DNA of 64,000 nucleotides from Kudoa neothunni (Eukaryota; Animalia; Cnidaria): NCBI GenBank assembly GCA_964304625.1, contig OZ199840.1, positions 6,914,136 to 6,978,135 of the forward strand, read 5' to 3'. Shown piece by piece: positions 51,692 to 64,000 of this stretch (position 1 is its first letter; each line of letters starts with the position of its first letter). The notes under the pieces were generated by a model. It saw only the letters and a program-made list of their open reading frames with translations, ran no database searches and was not told where the DNA came from. The position numbers and the translations under genes were made by a program.

Positions 51692-54093
51692 TGTTACAGG
51701 GCATAGTAATGAAATTCAGGCAATATATAGAATGCCTAGAAAATGTGTATAATGCCTAGCATTCTTAGGCAAAGTGTATAATACATGCGTTCTTACATAC
51801 TCTACCTAGGTATTCTATACAATGACTAGTTCTACTTCGGGCAATGTATAAAAAATTAATTCCCACCAAAAGGATGTTCGAGTCGTCATTTCACGTGATA
51901 ACAGTCCTTGGGATTAGGTGACGCTACGTAAGTTTGTGCTCATTGCTGTGTGTTTGTAAACATGAACGGAGAAAATTCAAATGTAGCATTTTAAAAAGAA
52001 TATCGTTTGATTGAAATGAGAGAACATTTCCTTACAGAGCTATCAAAAATGCGAACTACTGGCGCTAAAAATTGTGTTTTCCTTACCGACGCCCAGTTAT
52101 GAACGACTAGTGAATGATGTAATAAGAGCAAAGTTAACAACAAAGAAAGGACCACGGGATTATTGGCTTCTGAAACGCTACGATGTGATGACGATAGAGA
52201 AAAAAAGCAAGTTGTTCTATCCTGTCAAAGAAGGGGTCCGTTCTATTCAGTTTTACGTCAGTGATTCTGAATTATTTGATGTTATTCATGATGCTCATGT
52301 ATCCATTGGACATGGAGGACGAGATAGAATGTTAAAGAAGCTTCGACCAAAATTTATAAACATTACCCGTCGTGATATTGTAAACGTACATTCAACTTTT
52401 CCAGGCATGCCAAAAGAAACAAAAAGGCATGAAGACACGCATTGTAGTGAAACCGATGGTATTTTCAGATTTCAATTCCCGCTGTCAGGTGGATCTAATT
52501 GATTTCCAATTCCATCCTGATAAAGAATACAAATTTATAATGGTATATCAAGATCATCTTACTAAGTTTGTTGTTTTACGGGCTATTAAATCAAAAACAG
52601 CTGAAGAAGTAGCGTTTAATTTAATAGACAATATTCACATTACTGGGAGCTCCATCGATATTGCAGTCAGATAACCGGTCGAGAATTTTCCAGTAAGATG
52701 ATCACGAATCTGAAGAAATACTGGCCGACATTAAAGATTGTTCATCGGAAAGCCGCGACGTTCTTAAAGTCAGGGTAGCGTTGAGCGAGCTAACCAAGAT
52801 ATCGAAAGCATGTTGTCTACTTGGAGTGTAAGACGAAAAAACCAACAAATGGAGTGAAGGAATACGTTTCGTCAAACTTATGAAAATAGAGCTTTCCATT
52901 CTGGGATTCAAAGAACACCTTACGAAGCTCTCTTTGGCTGCAAAGTTAAAGTTGGTCTCACTACGTCTTCCATACCTCAAGATGTTTTAGTCGGTATACA
53001 CACTGAAGAAGAATTAGAAATAATAATTGGAAAATATGCACACAATAGAGCTAGAAGATGTGAACCATGTGGCCGAAGAAATGAGCATTACTCCACAGAA
53101 CCCTGTTGAGATTTCTGAATACGAAATGAAAAAACAATGCTACGATGAAGAGATGTGTACTCAAGAATCTGAAAATTCTTCCGTGTGTTGTGTATGCTTA
53201 AAAGCAAGTACTGGTGCACATGCTTGCATTAAGTATGGCCGAAGCGTCCATATAATCTGTGGGGAAACTCTAAAAGACGACAATGGTGAAACAATTAGAG
53301 GTTATGGTGTTGATATCTGCTGCACTATTTGTTTTAACATTGAAAATGCGGGAAAACATAAGAAGCTGTCTACTATGTTGAGCCTAGAGATTCAAGCAAA
53401 AAAATGGAAAATGGGCTTCGGACAAAAATTTTTCTCCTGCATCTTTGGGCGATACAATGCGCATTCCTATTCCTGATGTGGACAAGGGGACGTGGTGACC
53501 CGCGAAATGTGTTTGCGGTAGTAATGGACCTTACGGAAGATGGTTTTTACCGACTTGGAACTAATCAAGGAAGGTTAAAGCAGCTATACGCAAGATCACA
53601 ATTTAGCATTTGCCAAAAGCGATTTATAAAAATTGATTGATGTCCTGACCACGAAATACCTCTACGCTCTATTGCTACTTCTCAATCTACAGGAAGTGGT
53701 CAAAGATTTTAAGGTGTATGTGTAAAACTAAGTGCCGAAATAAATGCCTTTGCCTCAAGAAGAATCTACAATGCAATTCAAAATGCCATTCTAGTCTTCC
53801 TTGTCGTAATAAATAATAAGTTATTGTTGTGCCTCGTTTGTGATTTTTCTGAAGGTTAATTTTGATTTCTTTTTGCGCTTCATTTTTGATTATTAACCAT
53901 TTTTTTGACGAATATCATTTTTAAATTTGCATATTTGCAAATTGCCTGAAATAGAACTAGTCATTGTATAGAATGCCTAGGCAGAGTATGTAAGAACGCA
54001 TGCATTATACACTTTGCCCTAAGAATGCTAGGCATTATACACATTTTCTAGGCATTCTATATATTGCCTGAATTTCATACATTGCCGGTAACA
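51692..54093 (+). mobile_element. Ginger2/TDD-type transposon, copy 2 (inverted near-identical copy of 37087-39477)
   Basis: Same TIRs and coding sequence; many extra 1-nt indels; left flank TATA, right flank AACA. Confidence 0.9.
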
Positions 54094-56571
54094 AACAGTA
54101 AAGTCGAGAAGTCTGCCTCATATACCATCTTATGAAGATAAACCTAGCGAATTCCTTATTCTCTAATGAGCCAGATTTTAATTTAAATATTAAGGAAACG
54201 GGTTAAGAAAAATTCGGAAAATTCAAAACAGATGCCTATTAATGTACCAAAGAAAAATAACTATATATTCTGTTAAAATTGACATTTATTTAAGTGTATA
54301 AATGAACGCTCTGATTTTTATTTTACCAACATTTTAAAGACAATTTAACTAAAATTCATGTTAGAGTCTAGATACAAATTCGAACATAAAACTTAAAATG
54401 TAACATAATAAAGAATATATAATTAAATGATGGATCTCAAAATTTAGACAGAAGACAAAGTTAAAACCACATCGAGGTTTTATTTTTAAGGATATAGATT
54501 ATTTCGGCGTAGATAAAAATACCGACGACCTAATTACCGCATAAACATAAAAATATGTTACTTTAAAAGACAACACATTTACGATTTTACATGAAAATAG
54601 CGAGTGGTATACTTTGTAGGTTGAATAGGCTTAATATAAAACTATTTCTTTATTTCCCCATTCGTAGAATTAAGTAAAATAAAACAATAAATTAAATAAA
54701 TTTTCATATCTCATTTTTTTAATTGGAACTAATTGATAACAAAACAACCAAAAATATTATTACGCGCATTACGTCTTTACATGATTTAAATGGGTATTAA
54801 CGAAAATTAAGGAATGAATAAATTAAGATTAATTTTTAAATTTATTATTGAATTAGTGCCAATGGCCAGCTTTGTCAGGCACTATGTGATGGAAAATTTT
54901 AACTTACTTTTATTGTAGAATGGAGAAATTATACGTAAGATTTAATCTAATTGGTACGTTAAACCCAGTAAATTTTATTTTCCTATTTTAATTGTTACAT
55001 TTAAAGCCTGTCCTTATTTTTGCAATTTGATGATTTAGAAAAACAAAATTATGCGCGCACTTTTCGTTCAAATGTAAATAGAGGTATTGAGGGAAATTAA
55101 TGAATATTTATAAGTTTATTTTACAAATTATTGATCAAAAATCTAATGAACTTAATTTTATGAGCAATGTAATTAACTATTAAAGTTCATTTATTTATTA
55201 AACAAGATCATTAAGTAACTTAAATAGGACTTTCAATTCTTTCCAAAATTTTACGACAAAAATTAATTCTTCTAGTTATAAAATTTATTATTAGTCTAAA
55301 AACGATAAAAAAATAAAATCAACCTAAGATGCGTCAGAAATAAAAATATTAATTGTTACTCCTTTTTTTCAATTTTATAAAGGATGTTAATGAGGTATTA
55401 ATAATCTGTGAGTGGTAACTTTCGTATTCACTATTTTAACATAATTGCCCCCTTTTTAAATAAATGAAACCTTTCTTTTTAACAAAAATACTTACTGGTT
55501 CAAAAATATACAATTTAATTATCAAATACGATTAAATCTAAAATGTAAAGGTGTTTTTTGTTTGAAAAATTACAATAATGCTTAAATATCAACGGTTTTC
55601 TCGAAGGAGTGTATCCTTTTAAAAACAAACGTACTATTTGATTTCTCTAATAAAGTTTCTTTGTATTGAACTAATTTTCGATTAACGGAAACTTTGTGAA
55701 AATATCGGTTAGATCGAATAAACCAATAATTTCTGATTAACTTTACATGGCACGTATTGAGAGGGGACTGTATTGTGTGCAAGGAGTAATCGTGAATATA
55801 AATTCTTAAACTACGTATAGAATGTGGTGTCGCATATTTTTATGCAGTTATTATAACGTAATGAATTAGTTTTAGCGAAAAGAAAATTATATATTGATTT
55901 GAATATTAACCTTAAGGTCTGGGGGTAAGGAATAATTAGGTTACTAGGAACTTAAACATTATTTAAACAATTATCTCATCGAATATAGAAATTTATTGAA
56001 TTAGTTATGCCAGTTGTTTTGCAAGAAAGTTTAGGAAACCCAAAAAATAGGTAAAAACTTATCAAAAAGACGAATATAGTTTCAATCTCAATCGATGTAT
56101 ATGATAAAAAGAAATTTTTATTTAAGAAGTTATCACAAAAATTTAATTTTTTGAAAACTCTACACACATCTTACATCGTTTTTAGAATGCGTATAGGGAC
56201 CAAAATTATTCAAACGTGGAAACAACTTGTAATCTCAAATGTGTTTTATTAAACGCAGTGTCTATTGGCCCGAGCATGTTAATCAGGTCATTCCTTTAGT
56301 TTTGCTTCATTTAAGTTAACATTTAACAACATTTTGAATATGATATAAGTATTTTTTCTAAATTTGAATTATTTGATAATGTCAATTAAGTCTGAAATTA
56401 CGTAATTATATGAAAATAATCTTGTCACAGGAATAACTGTTATTAAACAATTATTCGTGACATTTACGTTTGAATTTTAGTATTAGTTTTCAACAATTCA
56501 TTTTATAAATACGTTTGGAGTCCATAATATCGAAAGACGCGTGGGTACTTTAACGTGGTAATATTTGCGTA

Positions 56572-58600
56572 ATGGACACTAGTGTAAGTTATGAGAATGT
56601 TGATGCTAACGTTGTTGGGAATCACAATATTTTAAAGGTCGGTGATGCGTTTAACAGCTATAAAGAATTGGAGTTGACAATTAAACAACATGATCAGATT
56701 GTCTATATTAGACTGCAAGACTATTGAAACAGCTCAAAAACGTAGTGACAGAACATTAAATCCCGGTCTTAAATATTACCAAATAAAATACTGTTGCATC
56801 CACGGAGGAAAAAACGTATATTTTTTTATAATTGTTGACTTTTCTGTTGTGTACATTTACTGATTAGTTAATATATTTCATTAATTTTAAAATTAAAAAA
56901 ATTTTTTAACAAGTAACTTACTTACACATGAATTTAGCGAAAGAGGTCATCTGGTCAAAGAAATACTAGCTCTTATTTTAAAGGATGTCCAGTTTTTTTG
57001 AAGATTTCGGCAGATGCAGATAGCCAAAGGCTGGTATTAAGATTTCTCGATTTAGCTCATAACCACAATTCAATAATGTTTCCCTGAAAGTTTTTATCTA
57101 AAGCCATAAAAATAAATCAGCAGGAAGTTTCTTGTATTAAACAGTTAGTGGAAGTTAACGGAAATTTTAAAGCCATTCAAGAAAAAATATTGAAAAAGTA
57201 TAGAAAGTTTGTTCCAATGAAAAAGCTGGAAAACATAAAATATTCTATGAAATCACATTCAAAGAATATAGAATTTTTGATGTCACTCAAAGAGAAACAC
57301 AACTCTTTTATCGAGATTTTGTAAGATGACTCAAAATTCAAAGATTATTTTATCAAGATATTGATATGAAAAAATGTTTAAAAGCCTACCCCGAAATTAT
57401 TTTTATAGCCGCTACCTATAATTAATGGATTGTAGAGCGCCTGTATATTTTTTGGTTGTTTTGGATGCTAGAGATTCTAGTGAAATTGTGACAACTGGAA
57501 TAATATTGGTGGAAGAGATCGAAGAAATTTTGGGGTGGTTTATCAATACGTTGAACAAACACAATCCTATAATGGAAACAGATACAAAATATTTATGACT
57601 GATATAGATTTAGGCGAAAGAAAAGTTCGGAAAAAAATCCCAAATGTTAACCTTCAGATATGTTTATATCGTGTCCTCAAGTCGTTCGCTCGTGAAATTC
57701 AAATAGAACGAATGAATATTAGTTCCCAGGTAAAGGAGACGTCATGTTTACACCTCCAAAATATAGCATATTCAAAAAAATCGAAGAATATGATTTTAAC
57801 AAGCAAAAACTCAAAGAATGTGTCGGAGAGAATATTTATCATTATTTTTAAAAACAACTGGGACTTAATAAAAGAGGAATGGGCTACTGTTTGAGAGGAC
57901 TTGACGGGATGTTCCTAAACTTTACTAACATAGAGTTGTGAGTTTAAATTCTAAAATAAAGCAAGTCATCCCTCTTCATTCGAAGAACTTTCAAGAAATT
58001 CCCTTATCTATATCGACAGAGCACGAATCTAACGTGATAATAAAGCCATCAGGGAAATGCTTAAGATTCTACAAAAATTTCTGGATTCTGACATGGAAAA
58101 CTATTTTAATCATCTAACAAAATATTCTTTTAAGTTAGTTGCAAAGGAATTTGACAAGGTGGATGTATGGGAAACTAAGGGGATAGACTGTAATATTTTC
58201 AGGTGACAATGAGATTTCGAATATTGAGGAATGTAATTGTCTTTTCAGAATGGGTATGAGCTTACCGTGCTGCCCTGCCACATATTTTTGGAACGACAAA
58301 AAAAACAATCTTCCGCTATTTTAAAAAAGTTTGTGTTCTAAAAGATGAATTAGAGAGTATTTCATGAATAACTCACGACTTAAGGTAGGCAACGGACAAA
58401 CTAATGGATCACCACAAAAAGAGTTCATAACTGTAAATGTTTTTACCAAAATCCACGACAATCTATTCCGAGCAAAAAAGATTTCATCATACTTCAACTT
58501 ATTCATGACCATTTCATCAAGAGTTTCCGAAAAATCTGGTTCTGACTATGAATATTAGATAAATGAACTTAAAAAACTAGTCACATTCATTGAAAAAAAA
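56572..58600 (+). pseudogene. Degenerate MULE transposase (same general family as 10007-12051)
   Basis: KVGDAFNSYKEL, KYYQIKYCCIHGG, GCP..HNH, YPEIIF, FMTD, QICLY, NNW...W, and CNCLFRMGMSLPC (SWIM). TIRs not resolved. Confidence 0.8.
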
Positions 58601-59068
58601 TGATAAAATTAGTATTGTTAAGCTAAATTAAGAAAATCCGCCAACAACGCAAATAGATCCATCCAATGGAAACATCAATGTGTATTCATCCGAAAGTATT
58701 TTTTAGTTTTTTTTTCGATCCATAACTTCATTTCCTCAGTATTAAGGGTTTTCGAACTTATTCTTGATATTTCAGTGTAGCTACTTACCATTGTTTCTAA
58801 AGTCACCTTAAAATATAAGCAGGTCATTGAGATAAAATGTACTTATTTTTTAAATTAAACTAATTAATTATATTTCCAACAAAGTTACAAGATAGGAACA
58901 TCCCTAATCGGAAGCACTTCTAGAAAAATATATGAAGTAGGCTGTGTTCTTAAACTTTTTTTATTTCATTCGAATTTAGAAAAAGTGAGGAGAAAATTAA
59001 AAAAAATTGTTATAAATATTAGGGATAAAAATAATTACTAATGAAAAATCATAAAAAGTACAATGCAA

Positions 59069-60001
59069 CGGGGCTCGTACGTAATCGCCATTTTTTTACA
59101 TTAAACTAATTTTGAATGATCTAATTCATACTTATAATAAAGAAAATACTCTTAACTATCAAATAAATAAAAATAAAAAAATGCCGATAACTTTAAAAAA
59201 AAATAAATCAAAAACATGACTCGTACGGAATGAAGCGATTCTACGTAATGTAGATTGTACCTGGAAGTAAACTTTACACGCTTTGTGCGTAATCGAGAAA
59301 ATAATAAAATCAAGGTTGTATATACGTGCCGAGGACAGATAGCACATCGATGTGACACTCGGACTTAGAACCATAAGGTAATTGGTTCGAATCCACCGGT
59401 GGTCAGACTACTGCTTCCGTGTCGGTGGGTCTCTATCCCATACTTGGGAGCTGTGGTTAAAGTGTACGATCGTTGTGAAGTGGGGTGAGCGTGAATAGGA
59501 GTATGAATCTACGGAACCCCATCGAAAAGCAAGTAATTTGCAGTCCCCATAGAGCCAACATCCTTGAAGGGATAAGGCCTGGGATGGTGTCGCCCTGATA
59601 CGAGGATGTTTAATGGGTTAAAGTCCTACATTACCGCATAAAGATAAGGGGCGGTATTTCATGTTACGTCCTGCGGTGCCTAACACGTTAATGGAAGAGG
59701 TCTGACCAACCAGAATTCCACAACCTAATAAGTTTCTCCAGGGGTTTTATCTTGTAAACAAAAAAAAACGAATCAAATATCGATTCGCTCAATTTTTTTC
59801 ACTTGAAAAGTATTCAATCTATATAAAAATAGACGCAATAATGTCCAAATTTATTTCATTTAAGTATGCATAAAGCAATGATTAACGTAGAACAAAAATT
59901 TCTGAAAAACATCAGTGCACTTGTGCATACAGGGTTCGTATATAGTGCAGCGATTCTACGTAATGAGATACCATTCTCCGACTCATTATGTACGAACCCT
60001 G
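59069..60001. mobile_element. Degenerate pogo/Tigger-like non-autonomous element interrupted by a SINE
   Basis: Imperfect TIRs CGGGGCTCGTACGTAAT / ATTATGTACGAACCCTG; inner inverted copy at 59930; AGCGATTCTACGTAATG repeated at 59235 and 59949. Confidence 0.5.
59333..59768 (+). mobile_element. tRNA-derived SINE (about 435 bp)
   Basis: A-box-like TAGCACATCGA (59340); perfect B box GGTTCGAATCC (59384-59394); GC-richer body; A-rich tail at 59756-59768. Confidence 0.8.
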
Positions 60002-60754
60002 TTGGACTGTGTTATAACCATGTCATTTTTGTGATAAAATAATTATGCTGAATTTTTTACATTTCCGGGTAGTTAATTCAAAATTGATCATTAAATAGTG
60101 GAATTATTAATGAAATGATATTTAGATAACAGAGTATTTTAAGCGTAATGATATTAGAAGCTTTACCGAAATAAAAGAATAGAGAGTTGCTGTCGAGCTC
60201 ACAAAGTATGGCTACATTTAAGGGTAACATCAATACCTTTATTTGTTTGTTTTTTGTGTAGAGTAACGTGTTTGTTGAGAGAGTTCCCACGCTGCTGGAA
60301 TAGTTTTCACAATTAATGGGTAAAATAAATTATTAAACTCATTATGGGTGGTTTCATGAAAAAAGAGAGTTTAAAATACAAAAATTCCCCAATCCTGTGT
60401 TCATAAATTCAATGATTATTTTGGCAATTATTAAATGTAAAGTCAACGAATATTTTAATCTTAGACTTATCTCATTTTTATCCTCAGATGAGCGAGGTGC
60501 AAAATAGGCGTCCTGATAACTAAGTATAACTAATCTAATTTTTGATAAACTGTATTTTTTGAAAAATTGATACAATAAAAATTTTTATATTGCAGAATAA
60601 ATAACGTGAATTGTTTTATTTTGAAAATGGCAAACAAACGAATTTACAATCGTCTCACACAAATGTAAAGCTTAATATGATTAATACATTATGCAAACGT
60701 GCCAAAAAATAATTATTAAAAACTAACAAAAATAATTTTTAATAGGTAAATTAG

Positions 60755-63700
60755 TTATTTCAGCATATATGCAACCGCACACGCCGTTGATCCCGCCAAC
60801 ACGTAGAGCCAATACCTGTTGTCGGTACCTTCAATTGAAAATGAATCTTCTCTTTGAATTACATTGGAACTATTATATGTTCGGATGACGTATGAACCAG
60901 GATCTTTTTCCATGAGTGGAATCTCATAATAGATGCCATCAGTGTATGGTTTAGGCATAACACTTTCGAATTGCTCTTGATTAGATTCATCGTTCACGTT
61001 CATGATAATTATTTTCTAGAAAATGCCAAATCAACACACTTAAGCACATAAAAATAATACCATTGGTTGCATGTTATTTCCAACCTATATTAATCATTAT
61101 TGTTCGAAATATACGAATCAATTTGATACCTCGCTGTGGTTGTTGAAGAATAATCTCAATAAACCTTTAGTGTTGAGAGGAACAACTGAAACTCGTTTGA
61201 GAACAATAACTTTGTGCCAAACACAACTTCACTTCGATAGACCTTGGTTCTGCACCTCATAATGTGCAGTCCATGGTTATTAGGTGTGTAGGTTATCTAT
61301 GTGGAGATTATTAATTATATAGAATAGCGATTATGGCCAGTCAATAGTACTTCTGCATTGTCTTTTTTTAGAGATGGGGTTCTAACTATTTCTAGAGCAC
61401 TATTCACAAAATCATATTCATATGGTATATTGTTATCTGGATGGATGCTTGGGTAGTTTGGATTTTGTGTTTGGAATCCAAAAATTGTCGGAATAGGCAT
61501 ACTGTATGTATTTCCTACATCCTGGTAACGACCAAATTCGATTATGGGTTCAGTCCTATCCTTATCTGAAGGTACAATAGGCATAACGGAGAATTTTATC
61601 GGTTGTTCCCCGTAAGGAGTATGACGACCCAAAAATATCTTGTAATCACCTTTATATATGTATATAGATATTAAGGTGAATCATAAAATTACCTGTTAAA
61701 TAAGGCAAAATATGGACAAAGCTAAATCCATCCACAACGTAATCTTTTATTATTTCGAGTCCTTTAGGTCCTTGGTAGGATATTTCATAAGATTTATATC
61801 CAGTACTTCGATGATCAAAACACATCGATATAACATTACCGACGTAATAGGTAGGCTTAGCTAATTTTATAACACAGTTAATAATAGGTAGAAAATATTA
61901 TAATTTACAAAGGATATCAATTGCAATATCTGAGACACGTCCTTCTGTGACGCTTACAGGTTTTTCGTAAAAGACACTCTTTGGTGAGGATTCCACCATT
62001 AAAGTGTAATCGCCTATTTTGCCTATACGAATTACAAACAGAAGTACATTCTTTCCAATTTTCACTCCTTCGAAACAAGCTTCCTCTTTTCCTTTTTTTT
62101 GTGTCATCTTTAAAATAACTTTGGAGAAATCGATGTCTACATCTAGGAGAAATATATTAACAAATAAATGCATTATTTAACTTACATTTTTTTCCAGAAA
62201 ACTGAATCGCAAAGTTGTAATCATAATTAACTGGTATTCCATAATTTAAGAGCCCATTTTCTCCAAGTACACAAACAACATTCTGCTCATCATTATATTT
62301 TAGTTGACTAATGGCTGAAGATTTTGCAACTGTAATCGCTTCAGAATTTTGTATTTTTTCATCAAAAACATACTCCTCCGACAAAACTTTCATAACACCT
62401 TGTTTTGACAACAACGCTGATTTCGTTGAATTTGATTTTTCATCAATCCCACTCTCAGATGATGAAGTCGTATTTTTTAAATCCTTAGGAGTTTTAAGCG
62501 TCTTTTCCTTTTTCTCAGACTTTTGTTTTTTACTGTTTTTTTCAGACTTTAATTTCTTAGAATCTCCTTTATCCTCCTTATGCTTTTCATCAGATTTTTC
62601 ACCCTTCATTTCGGTATTGGTTTCAGAATCTTTATTAAGCGATGAACTATCTTCCTTTGGAGTTTCATGTAGTATGTTGCTTGCTCCAACCAATTTTTCG
62701 TTGTACTCAAATACGTATTCTTCCATATACAATTTACTCTGAGGGTCTGTTGATGTGCTATTAGATTTATTCTTTTTGTCGGACTTGGAAGCTTTCACAC
62801 TCTTATCAGATTTCAACTTTTTGGAACTTTCCTTATCTTCTCTAGACTTTTTGTCAGATTTTTCTTTTTTTGATTTCTTTTCTGCCTGCACTTCACTTTC
62901 CGATATTATTACGTCATTGCTGTCTGCGTTTTTCTTGTTCGAACCTTCCTTAACTTCTATTACATCGTTAGAAACACTTTGTGTGCCAAATAGTTTTGTG
63001 TCATCATTAGTTATATTTTCTTCCAATATCGCATCCTTTTCAGATATTTTTTGAGTTTTCTCAGACTTATCTTTCTTTTCGGATTTCGACGATTTCACGC
63101 TCTTTTCTGATTTCGGCTTTTTAGAACTTTCCTTGTCTTCTTTTGACTTTTTGTCAGCTTTTTCCTCTTTGGACTTTTTGTCAACCTTTTCCTCTTTGGA
63201 CTTTTTATCAGCCTTTTCCTCTTTGGACTTTTTGTCTGATTTTTCTTTTTTTGATTTCTTGTCTGATTTTTCTGCCTGTATTTCACTTTCCGATATTGTT
63301 ACGTCAGCGCTGTCTACGTTCTTCTTTATCGAACTTTCCTTAACTTCTATTACATCGTTCGAAACACTTTTTATTCCAGATAATTTTGTATCATCATTAG
63401 TTATATTTTCTTCCAATATCGCATCTTTTTCAGATATTTTTTGAGTTTTCTCCGACTTATCTTTCTTTTCGGATTTCGACGATTTCACACTCTTTTCTGA
63501 TTTCAGCTTTTTAGAATTTTCTTTGTCTTCTTTCGACTTTTTGTCAGCTTTTTCCTCTTTAGATTTTTTATCAATCTTCACTTTTTTAGAACTTTCTTTG
63601 GCTTTCAATTTTGAACTTTTAGATGTTTTTTCCGTTTCAAGTTTATCGTTAGACTTAACGTCAGATGCCTTAGTATTAGTTTCGGAAGGTTCATCACCAG

Positions 63701-64000
63701 TTTTCTCTTCAGACTTTTTAAATAAATCTTGAGCTGCTTGGTTAGTGTTGTTGATATCAAAATCATCTTCAAAATAACCGCTTGACCGAGTTTTTTCAAT
63801 ATTAGTGGGAAGCCATATATCATCGTTTTTATTATTCCTTTGCATATATGAATATTCTATATCTTCCCCTGCATATTGTAACATTAATTTTTCAGTTTCT
63901 TCGGGTATTATGGTGGTATAATATCCGGGTAATACCTTCTTTAATTTGTATGTAGAGGCAGAATTATTTTGTCCTGGAGCTGAAATTACTAACTTAGATT
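60755..64000 (-). CDS. Multi-exon protein (5' end outside window) with divergent filamin-like Ig repeats, a long K/E/S-rich repeat region and a C-terminal hydrophobic tail
   Basis: Frame is open from the window edge through 62157; further ORF pieces are separated by short GT-AG introns. Motifs ISAPG..PGYYTTIIPEE..QYAG and SYQGPKG..ILPYLT/GDYKI..GEQPIKFSV; ends YWLYVLAGSTACAVAYMLK*. Confidence 0.65.
62800..63575 (-). repeat. Coding repeats: a duplication with 390-bp offset plus a 30-bp tandem array (KKSKEEKADK)
   Basis: TCATCATTAGTTATATTTTCTTCCAATATCGCATC occurs at 63001 and 63391; 30-nt units at about 63130-63270. Confidence 0.9.

Noticed and set aside
54300-56500. Hidden gene in the long AT-rich stretch
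   Set aside because: No credible ORF, exon chain or terminal repeats found by eye.
59333-59406. Functional tRNA gene
   Set aside because: Acceptor and anticodon stems pair poorly, there is no T-run terminator, and it continues into a SINE-like body and A tail.
59590-59725. Hammerhead/twister ribozyme or RNase P RNA (CTGATACGA, GGAAGAGGTCTGA)
   Set aside because: The required partner motifs (GAAA core with three stems; the P4 3' strand) are not in position.
63130-63270. CRISPR-like regular repeats
   Set aside because: These are 30-nt tandem units without unique spacers, in frame within a eukaryotic CDS.
62311-63732. Plus-strand Ser/Phe/Leu-rich ORFs
   Set aside because: Antisense shadows of the lysine-rich CDS.

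Overview
AT-rich, compact eukaryotic (almost certainly animal) genomic DNA. The FUBI-eS30 fusion, very short GT-AG introns (43-49 nt where counted), divergent proteins and TE repertoire would fit a reduced parasite such as a myxozoan (inference only). There are four host genes: FAU/RPS30 (370-825), a neutral sphingomyelinase SMPD2-like gene (2599-4038, -), an RNF170-like RING E3 ligase (27769-28811, -) and a 5'-incomplete tail-anchored protein with filamin-like repeats and a K/E/S repeat insert (60755-64000, -). Most of the rest is nested transposable elements whose ends and target-site duplications (TSDs) can be read directly. These are: a Merlin element containing a Gypsy element and a MULE; a Gypsy element inside another Gypsy element; a BEL element inside a piggyBac inside a hAT; two near-identical inverted Ginger2-type integrase transposons; pogo/Tigger, hAT and piggyBac relics; and a tRNA-headed SINE with a self-paired body. 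Two observations stand out. (1) All four LTR elements are about 4-5.4 kb with 78-139 bp LTRs, and their gag ATG lies inside or abuts the tRNA primer-binding site. (2) The 12.2 kb between the two Ginger copies is inverted, shown by a split MULE whose 9-bp TSD now occurs as a reverse complement. Many frameshifts fall in homopolymers, including in a host gene, so some 'pseudogenes' may be assembly indels.
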